From an uncultured Bacteroidales bacterium (GTDB lineage: Bacteria; Bacteroidota; Bacteroidia; Bacteroidales; Paludibacteraceae): a stretch of DNA of 64,000 bases. The translations under genes and the position numbers were made by a program. The notes under the pieces were generated by a model, which was given only the letters and a program-made list of their open reading frames with translations, was not told the DNA's origin and did no database searches. Below are positions 25,701 through 35,500 of this stretch, piece after piece. The number at the start of each line of letters is the position of its first letter. Positions within the stretch are counted from its first letter, which is position 1. Where the stretch lies: positions 29,531 to 93,530 of the forward strand of contig ONMU01000004.1 in the NCBI GenBank assembly GCA_900319035.1, in the 5' to 3' direction.

Positions 25701-28700
25701 AGTAAGCAATCTGCCATGCATCTTGACCCTCCTCACCAGCGGTCCAGTTGATTGTAGCCGAAGAAGCGGTGATATTCGATACTGTCAACTCAGAAATCGC
25801 CTTACAGGTGATCTTCGTGATGCTGAAGTTATCTACAGCAGCCGGAGTTTGGCTACCACCAGAACCGTCATTTCTCCAGAGGAGAACGACATTGTAGATA
25901 CCAGCTGCCACCTCCAGATCAAACGATTCCGACGTCCATGTAGAAGACAAGTTCAGTTTGGTAGCCTCATACAACTTAATCCAACCTTCAGGCAGCGAGA
26001 ACTGACCAGTAGAGCTTGCAGCTATTTCGATAGAATCCGGAACAAGTGCAACGCACAACAAGTCGTAGGAGCTTTCACCGTTTGCTTTCCAATCATAGTT
26101 GAATTTATACAATCCGTCTTCGAATTGGAATGCCTTAGTAGCATAAACTGCGCATGCACTGTGCGAGTATGCATTGGAAGCGCCATTATCATTAGAGATA
26201 TAGAGCGCATGCGTACCCTCACCGTTGTGAGCAGCCTCACCGTAAGCCCAAGCATTGACCGCACCACCGTTGATGAACATCCAGTTGTTACCAGCCTCAA
26301 AGTCATCAGCATACGGAACCGCAGCCGGACCCATCTTGGTATGGAACGAAGCGGAGATGATCTCACTCAGACCTTCGTCACCACAGTTCTTGCGGAGATA
26401 GAAGATATAGTCGCTGTTATCCAGCAGTTCGCTTACGACAGCAAAACTATCGGTGGTAGCGATGAAGTCAGCCGGCATCTCAGCAGAAGCCAGAGCTACT
26501 GCATAGAGCCATGCGCCGTTCTCTGCATTATCCCAAGTAGCCTTAGCGCCATCCACCGTGATATCGGAGATAACCAAACCGGTCGGTTTCACACAAGACG
26601 GAGCCTTATGAACACTTACGTTATCCACGAAGATAGCACCATTACCATAGTTACCATCTGCATAGAACTGGATCATGATGGTATCGCCTGCGTATGCACC
26701 CAGATTGATGACCACTTCCTCGAATGCTTCCGGAGCCGTGTAGCTGGTACCGGTAGAATTCTTAGCATACGTCGGGGCCAAAGCCACGAAGTCACCTCCG
26801 TTTACTGAGATCTTGATGGTCATATCACCGCAGTTAGCCGTATGCGAATAGTCGAACGACAACTCGTATGCAGGACCTTCCGGCAGTACGATAGCCGGGG
26901 TATTGATCAACAATGTACCTCTCTGAGCACTATAGTTGTGCGCACGCAGCATCTTGTTGTTTCCGCTTTCGTAAACACCGAAGATGTAGTACGGATAAGA
27001 AGCAAGAGAAGAGGAAGTCGAAGCACTGTTATCCCAGCAAGTAGGAATGCTATTTACTGCATAGTTCTCAAAGTCATTATTCCACGGTAAAACTGTAATC
27101 ACACCACACGTCGTCGTGAAGCTGATCACACCGCTGAACGGACTAACGGCCTCTTCATTCTCCAGATCACACCAAGCTGCTACTTGTGCATCATAAGAAG
27201 TACCCATCTCCAGACCGCTGATCAACAACGAGTCATTGGTCGTTACGATCGGTTCTCCCCATGATTCTTCGCTGCTCTTCTTATAGCGAACCAACCAAGT
27301 AGCCTCTGTACCCTGCGGTGCCCATGTGAGAACAGCCGAGTTGTCGGTAAGCAGTTCTGCTACAGCCTCCAAGCCGTTCGGCTCCATACATTGCGGAATA
27401 GCCTCAACGACTACATCGTCGATACGAGCCGAAACCGTAGCGGTCTCAGCTGCCAGCATCTTGATAGCTACATACTTGCCGTCGCCGGTATAAGCGGTGA
27501 ACGGAACAACATACTGTCCATATACGGCACTCGTCAGTACGATGGTGTCGAGCGCTACAAAGTTAGCCGTATCAGCTGCTGCAGGCATTACACCTACTAC
27601 CAGCGTTGCGTTCTCCTCAGCCTCAGCCAGATCGTTGCAAGCGTAGAACTTCAGACGCATATTCTCCAGACTGATTAGCTCAGGCAGGACAACATATTCG
27701 TCTACCGGATCATAACCTACTTGCGAAGCGAAGTAACCGAACTTGCTTCCGCTATGTGCATCTTCCGGATAGTTAGACAGGATTGTCGGATAACCGTATG
27801 AATCCTGGATAGCGCTCCAGCAGAGGAGACTGCCCTCGAAGTCTTGCTCAATCGTAGCCACAGCGGCACACTCGGTAGCGAAAGTAACCGATGCGCTATA
27901 CTCGCCGATAGCAGTCGGATCCTCGGGATCACACTGCGTAGCTACTTGAGCTTCGTAGATCGTAGAATGATTCAGGCCCTCGAGAAGGAAGGTATCTGCA
28001 GCAGCAAATACCACCGTCCAGTCTTCAGCACCTTGCTCACGATAGCGAACAGCCCAAGTGGTCTCTGCGCTAATCGGAGTCCAGGTCAGTTCGATAGAAG
28101 TGGTCGTAACCGTGGTATCCAAAGCCATGAAGTTCTTCGGAGTAGCACAAGGAGGAACAACACCCTTCTTGAAGTCAATCGAAGTCTTCGGCAGGAAGCT
28201 AACGCTACCCGCTGAACCATAGGTACCATATTCGTAGCGTCCCGAACCGGACGGCGCAGAAACACCGGCCCATGTGAAGGATTTATCCTCACCGGCAACC
28301 GTTTGATTAAAAGCAATCAACAGGTTTCCACCTGTATATTGATACTGGATATCGAAGGGAACATACATCATCTTCTCTTCAACAGCCAAAGCCTTATTAG
28401 AAGCCACCTTCGTCAAGGAGGTCAAGTCAACCATTGCGCTCAGCGTCGTATTCTCCACCTCGCTTACATAGACATCGAAACGAGCGTCGCCGAAGTCATG
28501 TTCAGCCTGAGAGCTGGTATGGAAGGTCAGCGCTACAATCGAATCCCATTGAATGTCAGCCAACTGTGCAGCCGGAATAATGAACTGACCAGCCGCGTGA
28601 CTATCAGCATAGTATGCGTAGAAAGGCACATATGAACTTGTCGCAGTACCTTCGTTCACCGTAATCTGATACGGGTTAACGGTCTTGAACGAAAGCGATA

Positions 28701-31700
28701 CGATTTCGCTCTGCGAATCGCCACAATCCTTACGCAGATAGAGGGTGTACTTGGTGTTCTCATTAAGACCCTCAACGAGGAGCGAGTTCTGATCTACATC
28801 CGTGAACTCGGTCGGCTCTTGACCTGTCGGGATACATGCATACTCCCACGTCATACCGTCCTCGTCATCGTTCCAAGAGAAGGCAGCCGAGTTAGCGGTC
28901 ACCTCACCCAGCGTCAAACCATTCGGCATACGGCAAGTCAAACGACTGATCTTGAAGTTATCAATTGCACCCGGAGCGTCACCCGTATACGAGTTATTTC
29001 TCCATACGATAATAACTTTATGGTAGCCAGCCTGAGGTACTTCAACCTCGCTCAACTGACGCTGCCAATTAGATTGTCCGCACAATTTGCTACCGCCATC
29101 CAATGCAATCCAACCATCCGGTAAGGAGGTGGCACCAATTGGAGCCGTAGATGCAGAACTTGCCTCCACTTCTGTTGCGGCAGGAGCAAGAGCTACACGC
29201 AGATAATCGTATGCATCGCTATTTGCCTTCCATTCGAACGAGAAGGAATACAAACCTGCCTCAGGGAAGAAGAAGGTCTTGGTAGCATATACCGTCGTAT
29301 AAGCATGCGAGTAAGCATAACTCAAACCATTATCATTAGAGATATAGAGTGCATGCGTCGGGCTGTTGCTGGTAGCAGTACCATAGGCCCATTTATTGGT
29401 CAATTCACCATTGAAGAACAACCATCCGTTCCCCTCTTCAAAGTCCCAATCGTACGGCAGCTCAGCCGGAGTCTGGAGGGTCTTGAAGGTCTTCATCAGC
29501 GGCTCACTCTTCTCGGTCTCGCTACAAGCGCGGCGAACGAAGAAGATATAATCGGTTGTCTCAGTCAAATCGCTCAGATCGACATACTTCACGTCGGTTG
29601 TGCCGGTATAATCGGTCTCAGCCGGAGCGAAGTCAGCCGCAGGATTAGCTACGTAGCCGTACTCCCACTGACCGTCCCCGTCTGCGTCCCAAGAGATAGA
29701 AGCCGCAGAACCGGTGATACCACCGACCGTAATACTGAGTGGACGCTCACAAGCCGGGATCAGGTCAATCTTCACATCAGAGATGTGCAGGTTATTGTCA
29801 CCATTAGCTTCGGTGGACTCACCGTAGAACGCCAAGAGGATGCTCTTATTAGCATATTCGCTCAGGTCAAACTTAACGGTCTGACCCTCGGTGTTGATAC
29901 CGTCAAACGAAGAACCTTGACCTTGGTTACCCCAAGTACCTAAATCAGTCCAAGAAGCGCCACCGTCCTCGGAAACCAAAACAGCGAACAGGTCGTCGTT
30001 CTGCGCACCAGCGGTAACGGCTGTAGGAGTAGCACCGGCTTTGGTAGTCAAAGCGAGGTCAAAGGTCAACTGATAGCCAGCCAACATCTCGATTACCGGA
30101 CTTACTAACCAGTATTTGGTCGAATCCTTGATATTGAGATAGAGGTGCTCATTGCTAAAGACACCATTCTGCGTACCAACTTTCCATCCCTTCGTGGAAG
30201 CTACGAGCGGTTCACCACTTTGCTGAACACCCTCCAGCAGTGCCTCATAGCGTTTCCACTCACCCGGCATAGTCGTGGTGTCGAAGGTCTGGAAGAACGG
30301 AACAACCGCTGCGGTCTTGGCGATGATCGACTTACCATAGTCGGTGAAATCTTCTTCTGTACATACCGCTGCGACACGAATCTCATATTCGGTGAATGCA
30401 GCAAGACCGGTAATCGTGTACGGATTAGCTGCGATATTCAGCGTGTTCCATACATCTGTAGTATCTGCTGTCGGTTTGAACTGGAGACGCCAAGCTTCCT
30501 CGCCGCTATTAGCCGTCCATGCTACAGGCAGCGCCGAGCTGGTAGCCGAACCGCTTACTTCGTGGAGATCAGTCGGCTTCAAGCAAGTCGGGATCTTCTC
30601 GATCACTACATCATCTACGTGGAGGTTGTTATCACCATTGGAAACGGTGGACTCACCGTAGAACGCCAAAAGAACCGTCTGACCGGCATACGAGCTCAGG
30701 TCAATCGGTGCAATCTCTTCACCGGCATTGCTGATGTTATCATACACATACTCCGAACCACTGTTGTTCCACTCACGCAGAATCGTCCAGTTAGCACCCT
30801 CATCGATAGAAGCAAGGACAAGGAAACGGTCATCCGGCTGACCACCTGCTGTCGGAGCTGCCGAGCTACTGGAAGAATAAACCGTCAGCGCCAAGTTAAA
30901 GTACATATGGAATCCCGGATCACCCTCTTCCATTTCCGGAATAGGAATAGCCGGAAGTTGAAGCCACTTGTAATAACCGCCTCCATAGATGTTCACACGA
31001 GCATGGCTGTCAAAGACACCATTAGCCGTACCGAAAGACCAAGAACTGCTGTTGGTTCGGGTAGCCGAACCGTCAGTCTGCAGCTGACCGGTGAACGTAC
31101 TCCATCCACTCGGTGCAGACGTACCATTGAAATGCTCTGCAAAAGGCAGACCGATCAGCGTACTGAACGATACCGATTTCCAACCGCTGGTGTTCTCACC
31201 ACAGATAGCCTGTACCTGTGCTTGATACGCCGTGTTAGAAACGAGGTTAGACAACTGATAGGAGGTTCCGCTCAGGTTCTTGACCAGCGTCCACTCTTTA
31301 TCAGCGGAAGCCTTGTACTGGAGGTTGTAAGCCGCAGCCGAACCGATCCAGTTGATCGTTGCGGAGTTCGACGTTACGTCGTTAGCCTCCACCGACTCGG
31401 GTTTGTCGCAAGTCGGACCAACACCACCACCTGTAAAACAGAATTGGATGTTTGGACGATAAGAAACAGCAGAGCTAGTACCTGTAGTCGGTACACCGTC
31501 CACAAGCGTGTAAGCACTTACGCCGCTGTTGTCGGTCTGTTGGGAACGAGCCATGCCGGACATTGAAGTCTGGATAAAACGGTTTCCGCTGCTGTAGCCG
31601 GTCTCTATCGATGCATCTGCATCTTGCCAGACCGCAACCAGCAGGTTACTTGTCCCATCATAAGCGAACGGAGTAGTCAGTTCAATCGTTACCCAGTCTG

Positions 31701-32070
31701 ACGTGTTGTCAAAAGTGACAGCCGCAGCTGAGAAGACCTCTTCGAGACCCTCTGTTACATAAGAGCTTGACAGACTTACTGCATCCGTGTTGGCCAGATA
31801 AATAGAGATTTTACGCGTCATGGAAGTAGCATCACCGTATTTAAACGAGATACTGGTAATGTTTGCTGCACCATGATTAATCTCATCAGCCGTGTAGAGC
31901 TGCTGCGTGTAACTGTTGTGATACCAGTTAGCCACAGGTACATAACTGCTTCCAGCTGCCGTGCCTTGGCCTATGTCCACACAGTCTTGCGCCATTACTG
32001 CTTGTGGCATAGCTGCACAACACAGAAGTGTCATCAGCAGAAATGCCATCTTTTGAGTAAAAGTTCTCAT
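22705..32070 (-). CDS. Giant modular secreted surface protein (3121 aa)
   Basis: Signal peptide MRTFTQKMAFLLMTLLCCAAMPQAVMAQ. Three copies of a ~180-aa YVP-domain, starting near nt 31980, 28680 and 24165. Many Fn3-like units (..TSATINW..YNLQYK..YQAQVQAICG..). Recurrent lectin/MAM-like units end in LLAFYGEST..NGDNNLH..DV..IP(T/A)C. Ends in the C-terminal motif KFIRDNHVYIMLNGKVYNVTGQAV. Confidence 0.9.
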   Translation of the reverse strand: MRTFTQKMAFLLMTLLCCAAMPQAVMAQDCVDIGQGTAAGSSYVPVANWYHNSYTQQLYTADEINHGAANITSISFKYGDATSMTRKISIYLANTDAVSLSSSYVTEGLEEVFSAAAVTFDNTSDWVTIELTTPFAYDGTSNLLVAVWQDADASIETGYSSGNRFIQTSMSGMARSQQTDNSGVSAYTLVDGVPTTGTSSAVSYRPNIQFCFTGGGVGPTCDKPESVEANDVTSNSATINWIGSAAAYNLQYKASADKEWTLVKNLSGTSYQLSNLVSNTAYQAQVQAICGENTSGWKSVSFSTLIGLPFAEHFNGTSAPSGWSTFTGQLQTDGSATRTNSSSWSFGTANGVFDSHARVNIYGGGYYKWLQLPAIPIPEMEEGDPGFHMYFNLALTVYSSSSSAAPTAGGQPDDRFLVLASIDEGANWTILREWNNSGSEYVYDNISNAGEEIAPIDLSSYAGQTVLLAFYGESTVSNGDNNLHVDDVVIEKIPTCLKPTDLHEVSGSATSSALPVAWTANSGEEAWRLQFKPTADTTDVWNTLNIAANPYTITGLAAFTEYEIRVAAVCTEEDFTDYGKSIIAKTAAVVPFFQTFDTTTMPGEWKRYEALLEGVQQSGEPLVASTKGWKVGTQNGVFSNEHLYLNIKDSTKYWLVSPVIEMLAGYQLTFDLALTTKAGATPTAVTAGAQNDDLFAVLVSEDGGASWTDLGTWGNQGQGSSFDGINTEGQTVKFDLSEYANKSILLAFYGESTEANGDNNLHISDVKIDLIPACERPLSITVGGITGSAASISWDADGDGQWEYGYVANPAADFAPAETDYTGTTDVKYVDLSDLTETTDYIFFVRRACSETEKSEPLMKTFKTLQTPAELPYDWDFEEGNGWLFFNGELTNKWAYGTATSNSPTHALYISNDNGLSYAYSHAYTTVYATKTFFFPEAGLYSFSFEWKANSDAYDYLRVALAPAATEVEASSASTAPIGATSLPDGWIALDGGSKLCGQSNWQRQLSEVEVPQAGYHKVIIVWRNNSYTGDAPGAIDNFKISRLTCRMPNGLTLGEVTANSAAFSWNDDEDGMTWEYACIPTGQEPTEFTDVDQNSLLVEGLNENTKYTLYLRKDCGDSQSEIVSLSFKTVNPYQITVNEGTATSSYVPFYAYYADSHAAGQFIIPAAQLADIQWDSIVALTFHTSSQAEHDFGDARFDVYVSEVENTTLSAMVDLTSLTKVASNKALAVEEKMMYVPFDIQYQYTGGNLLIAFNQTVAGEDKSFTWAGVSAPSGSGRYEYGTYGSAGSVSFLPKTSIDFKKGVVPPCATPKNFMALDTTVTTTSIELTWTPISAETTWAVRYREQGAEDWTVVFAAADTFLLEGLNHSTIYEAQVATQCDPEDPTAIGEYSASVTFATECAAVATIEQDFEGSLLCWSAIQDSYGYPTILSNYPEDAHSGSKFGYFASQVGYDPVDEYVVLPELISLENMRLKFYACNDLAEAEENATLVVGVMPAAADTANFVALDTIVLTSAVYGQYVVPFTAYTGDGKYVAIKMLAAETATVSARIDDVVVEAIPQCMEPNGLEAVAELLTDNSAVLTWAPQGTEATWLVRYKKSSEESWGEPIVTTNDSLLISGLEMGTSYDAQVAAWCDLENEEAVSPFSGVISFTTTCGVITVLPWNNDFENYAVNSIPTCWDNSASTSSSLASYPYYIFGVYESGNNKMLRAHNYSAQRGTLLINTPAIVLPEGPAYELSFDYSHTANCGDMTIKISVNGGDFVALAPTYAKNSTGTSYTAPEAFEEVVINLGAYAGDTIMIQFYADGNYGNGAIFVDNVSVHKAPSCVKPTGLVISDITVDGAKATWDNAENGAWLYAVALASAEMPADFIATTDSFAVVSELLDNSDYIFYLRKNCGDEGLSEIISASFHTKMGPAAVPYADDFEAGNNWMFINGGAVNAWAYGEAAHNGEGTHALYISNDNGASNAYSHSACAVYATKAFQFEDGLYKFNYDWKANGESSYDLLCVALVPDSIEIAASSTGQFSLPEGWIKLYEATKLNLSSTWTSESFDLEVAAGIYNVVLLWRNDGSGGSQTPAAVDNFSITKITCKAISELTVSNITASSATINWTAGEEGQDAWQIAYSCDPEFDLAEATLYDAAENTYALAELATDTLYTVYVRANCGDEDGVSLWASTTFRTAKACQTPDNLAAADITISSASISWNTYGQTGFNLRYSHGTDTVTVENVESPYALNGLAAGTVYNVQVQNVCNTEEWTPAISFKTVYGVPYAENFDALTAYPTEWLRYSGVLIDDVLAGTDSLKTPATSGWTFRSETDKIFNSKHISVNIWSTYKYWTVLPNVVIDENVQLSFTMALSKSTTAYTDIATTGVDDKFAVLISTDDGATWSVLRQWDNAGSEYVYNNIALYGEEVILNLSAYANQKIRIALYGASTTSNADNYLHVDDVLIDHIPACAKPQALTVSDVLAHNATLSWESNAAAWQIALDTIAAFNPDTLSALLDVTENPYTLTNLLPSHTYYVYVRANCGETDGVSVWTARQSFTTTIACPAPTGLEAQLTAGNGSIATLTWNASEAQEWQVEYSLNSNMSDSLVLNVTAQVANLTGLTAEATYYARVKADCGDLDGESAYSAVISFKPTNLYSIVVNDGTKTNDYVPVYGMYVDNGTTASQFIVPAAELQEIMWDSITTLTFYASQPTSNWGASEFEVYMTTTEDATLGALVDWSSLTQVMVSGNLSIVDNKMVVSLSEPFHYTGDNLLIGFKQTAASGGSSYYSTSSWYGVTANGASIGGYGTGNNMAQRNFLPKMTINYVPGQAPSCMWAMHLEVSDITIAGATFSWDEVEGANWEYAVVLASSNEAPTAFAPAANPLVLDNLSEATAYVFYLRNNCGDENSKLVSLAFSTIENIESLPYSTSFADAAGWKLANDANAWIISDGEIYISDNSATYEYNDEAASVSFATKLFNFEQGGTYTVSYDWKCVGEYNEEDGAIDFMRAALVPADVVLTPGEQPFGLTATNLPAGWIAIDENAALVSQSAWQRKSVVVPVESGLYRVVFVWINDDSFSDGVPAAIDNLSIVHKDYPTDIEGANAGKDTKAIKFIRDNHVYIMLNGKVYNVTGQAVELK

Positions 32071-32148
32071 AAGCTTTAAGTAATTAGTTAAACAATAAAT
32101 TTAATTAAACTATTATTCCATTATAGGTATAATATACAATTTGGGCGG

Positions 32149-32180
32149 CAAAGGTACAAAATTATTTCGATATGTGCAAA
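32149..32180 (-). promoter_or_regulatory. Consensus promoter (-7 TACCTTTG, -33 TTTG, 20-nt spacer) for the 3121-aa gene
   Basis: Plus-strand caaaggta at 32149..32156 and caaa at 32177..32180. The flanking context gggcggcaaaggtacaaaa is nearly identical to that at 22503..22520. Confidence 0.65.
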
Positions 32181-32460
32181 TTTTTTGTCGAAAAATACCA
32201 AATTGATCTATTTTTGCAAACTTTACATTACAAAATGAACAAAAAAATGAAGTCCAAAAAGAACTCTTCGGTTTCCTCGACTTGAACGGGTCGATCTCGA
32301 TCCAACATCGGTCCATTCTCGGTCCAATCACGGGAGATAAGTCATTTGAACCGTATTTGTACTGCACGAGAATTGATCAGGTATTGCCAACGAGGTGCTC
32401 CCGATGTGCCACCGATCCGCTATCGACAAGCTACCTATAACACGCTGATTATGAACACAA

Positions 32461-32498
32461 AAAAAATCAAAAGAGGGTGTGCCGGTTGGACACACCCT
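32461..32498 (-). terminator. Rho-independent terminator of the 3320-aa gene
   Basis: Minus RNA AGGGUGUG-uccaaccgg-CACACCCU followed by CUUUUGAUUUUUUUU, 22 nt after the stop at 32520. Confidence 0.7.
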
Positions 32499-32519
32499 TT
32501 TTTGGTTGAAACGGGATAT

Positions 32520-35500
32520 TTACTGACGCGGGTCGGAGACTTTCTGACCGAGGGCATTATACCATTCGTCATTGCAGATGATGTACATCTGGTCGTGGTA
32601 AATGACTTTATGCGTCTCGCCCTTACCCTCGAAGAGGTTCTCCAACGCTTCCTCCCAGCGGATGATGAGCACATGGATGAGCACATCGGTACACTCGGAT
32701 CCTATGACAAGGACGGTATCCACATACGTACCCTGCGGCGTGCCCTCCGGATAAGAGATCGGCTGCTGGCCATACGCATACGGATGCGCCGGATCAAGAT
32801 AAGTGAACGGCAGCTCATCCGGATGGATGATGGACTGAGCAAAGATCGTATCCGCCTTCGAGGTGTTATTGGTCAGAATCAGCGTCAGGACGCTATCACA
32901 ACCGATAGACGAGAGGATCGTATCGCGGTAGATACCGGCACGGTTGTACTCTTTGCCTCTCCACTCGTACGGCTCACCCGGGCAGATAGATGCTTCTACG
33001 TCATCGCCGTAACGACGCTCTTTGACGTAGAGGTCGAGGGTGACGATACTGTCGCATCCATGCTCGATGGTTTGCAGTTTGCGGCGATAGGTACCGGTCT
33101 TCTCCTTAGGCAGGAAGTCATGATCGGTATAGGTCTCACCCTCGCAGATGGTATCTACGAAGAGCGTCTCCATAGCCGGATAGATCTCGATCTCCAGCTG
33201 CTGAACGCTATCTTTCTTGCCTGCTTTAGCTTCCGCATCGGAGACATAGTAGCAAGTCGGATAAGCATGGATACCCGGAGTGGTCTGATCGCCCGGCAGG
33301 ATGATGTCGCCTACTTGGATATCCTCGTACTGGCACCCCGAAGCATAGTCCACAGATTTCTTGAAGTACGCCAGACGGATATTATCCACATGGATAGCGA
33401 TACCGGTCGAAGAGGTGCTGCGTGCCTCGCGATAGAGACCGATGCGGATGTTCTTGCCGGCATAGGAAGCCAAGCTATAACGAACGGTCATACCATTGGA
33501 CGGGATGTCACGGAGCTGCGAGCCTTCCGGATTCGTATTCTGCCATTTAGCGAGGATATTATTGCCGGTCCATGTCTGACCACCGTCCTCGGAGATGATG
33601 ATCATGAAGTAGTAGTCATCCATCATATCGTTCTCGGTAACGGCATTGCCGGTCACCAAGTGTGCGGAGTTACAAGCGGTCAGCGCCAGATCCATAGAGA
33701 AGTGAACGCTGTCGTCCTCCGGCAGGTAGAAGGAAGGAGTGATCATCCAGTGGTGGTCGGTGGAGTGACCCGGCGCTACGTAGTGCGCGCCCTCCAAGCC
33801 ATAGCCAACGACGGTACGAGCGAAGCTGCTATTATCGGTACCGCGGACAATCACGCTACCCGGTACATCGACGATATTATCGGCATGCGACTTACTGAAC
33901 GTCCACTCGGTGGAGCTGACGGTCGCTGCAAACGGCTCGTAGAAATACGGGCTGCGCGAGGTCTTGAAGGTAGCCTTCTGCGAGAAGCTGCTCTCACCCC
34001 AACGCTCACCACAGAGCGCTTGAACACGCCATACATAGGTGGTCTGCGGCGTCAAGCCCTTCACAGTGCAGGTATTCGTAGATACCTCGTCGTTGAAGAT
34101 CATTTCGTCCTCTTTGGAGAAGAACGGATCGGTCGAAACCTGAACGAGGAAGCTACCGGCGGAATCCACTCCATTCCACGTGAGCACAGCGTGCGTCGAA
34201 CCTAACTGCAGGACGGTCAAGTCCACCGGATCTTTACACTCTTGCTTATGCTCAAAGGAGATATTATCAATCCAAACGTAGTCACCGGTCTTCTCGGCAG
34301 TACCGCCTTTCTCCTTGGAGGAGGTCATGAGGGCTACGTACGGACCGGTAGCGCCTACGAGTTCCACTTTCATCTGCTGGAAGAGCCAGTTATTCGCCTC
34401 CGTAGCCTGATCGGATACCGAGAGCGTACCATCGTAGGTGACGGTATCGAGCGGCATGAAGGTAGCTGCATCGGTCGGATCGGTCATCGTACCGACAACG
34501 ATGGACTTCGAGTAGCTCGAACCGGTGAAGGTAGTCACAACAGAGTCGTTCTTAGCAGAGATATACGCCGGACGCATCCAGAACATCACTTGCAGGGTAT
34601 CGTATGCCGTCACATCCATAGCCGGTAAAGCGATATACGGCTGGTAGGAGGAAGCGGCACGCGAGCTGAAGGAAGCGTGCATAGCTACGGCATGGTTGCC
34701 CTCGAAGCTATACGCATAGTTCGCGTTATTGGGCTGGTTGAACGGATCGAAGGACGGATTCTTCCACTCGCCTTGGATAGCATCGCTGTAGGTCCAGCAG
34801 AGGGTCTGCTGATATGCTTTCTGACCGGCGATAGGCATCATACCCTCCTCCGGCTCAAAGCCGCAGGTATAAGCCGGTGAGTTCACGATGCAGTCGGTAG
34901 CAAAACCAAGCGGTTTGGTCGGCTGCGAGTCATCCGTACCGTTGGTCTGGTAAACATACCACCGGTACATCATCGAGGACTCCAGGTCGGTCAGGCTGTA
35001 CTGCGAACCGGTGACGGTATCGCGGAGGATCTCCTCACCCGCTGCATCCAGTACCACTACGACGGTAGCGAGATCCGAATGCCAAGTCTTCCAGCTAAGT
35101 GTAGCCGAAGTAGCGGAGACATCCGAGGTCTTGGTCTGCGTCGGTTTGAAGATCGTATTACCTGCCGGTTTGACAACGAGGTTATCGAGGTAGAACAGAC
35201 CCGGAGCAGGCTGGAAGAGGACGATATACTTGCCCTGCATACCTGCCAACGGCAGCTGCATCAGATCCCAGTAATGGAGACCCTTCGGATCGCTGTTCAC
35301 ATTATCGTTGATGGTCAGATCGGTGTACGTATAAGTCAGCGTATCTACCACTTGGAGGGTACTCAGATCCTTTGGATCAGAGAGCGTACCGACTACGATA
35401 GACTGGCTGTACGCGGCACCGAGATAGGTGTCATCGACGATCTTACCGCGGTTAGCGACCGTACCGAAGGACTGATCGTAGTTGACGAAGCAACGTCCGT

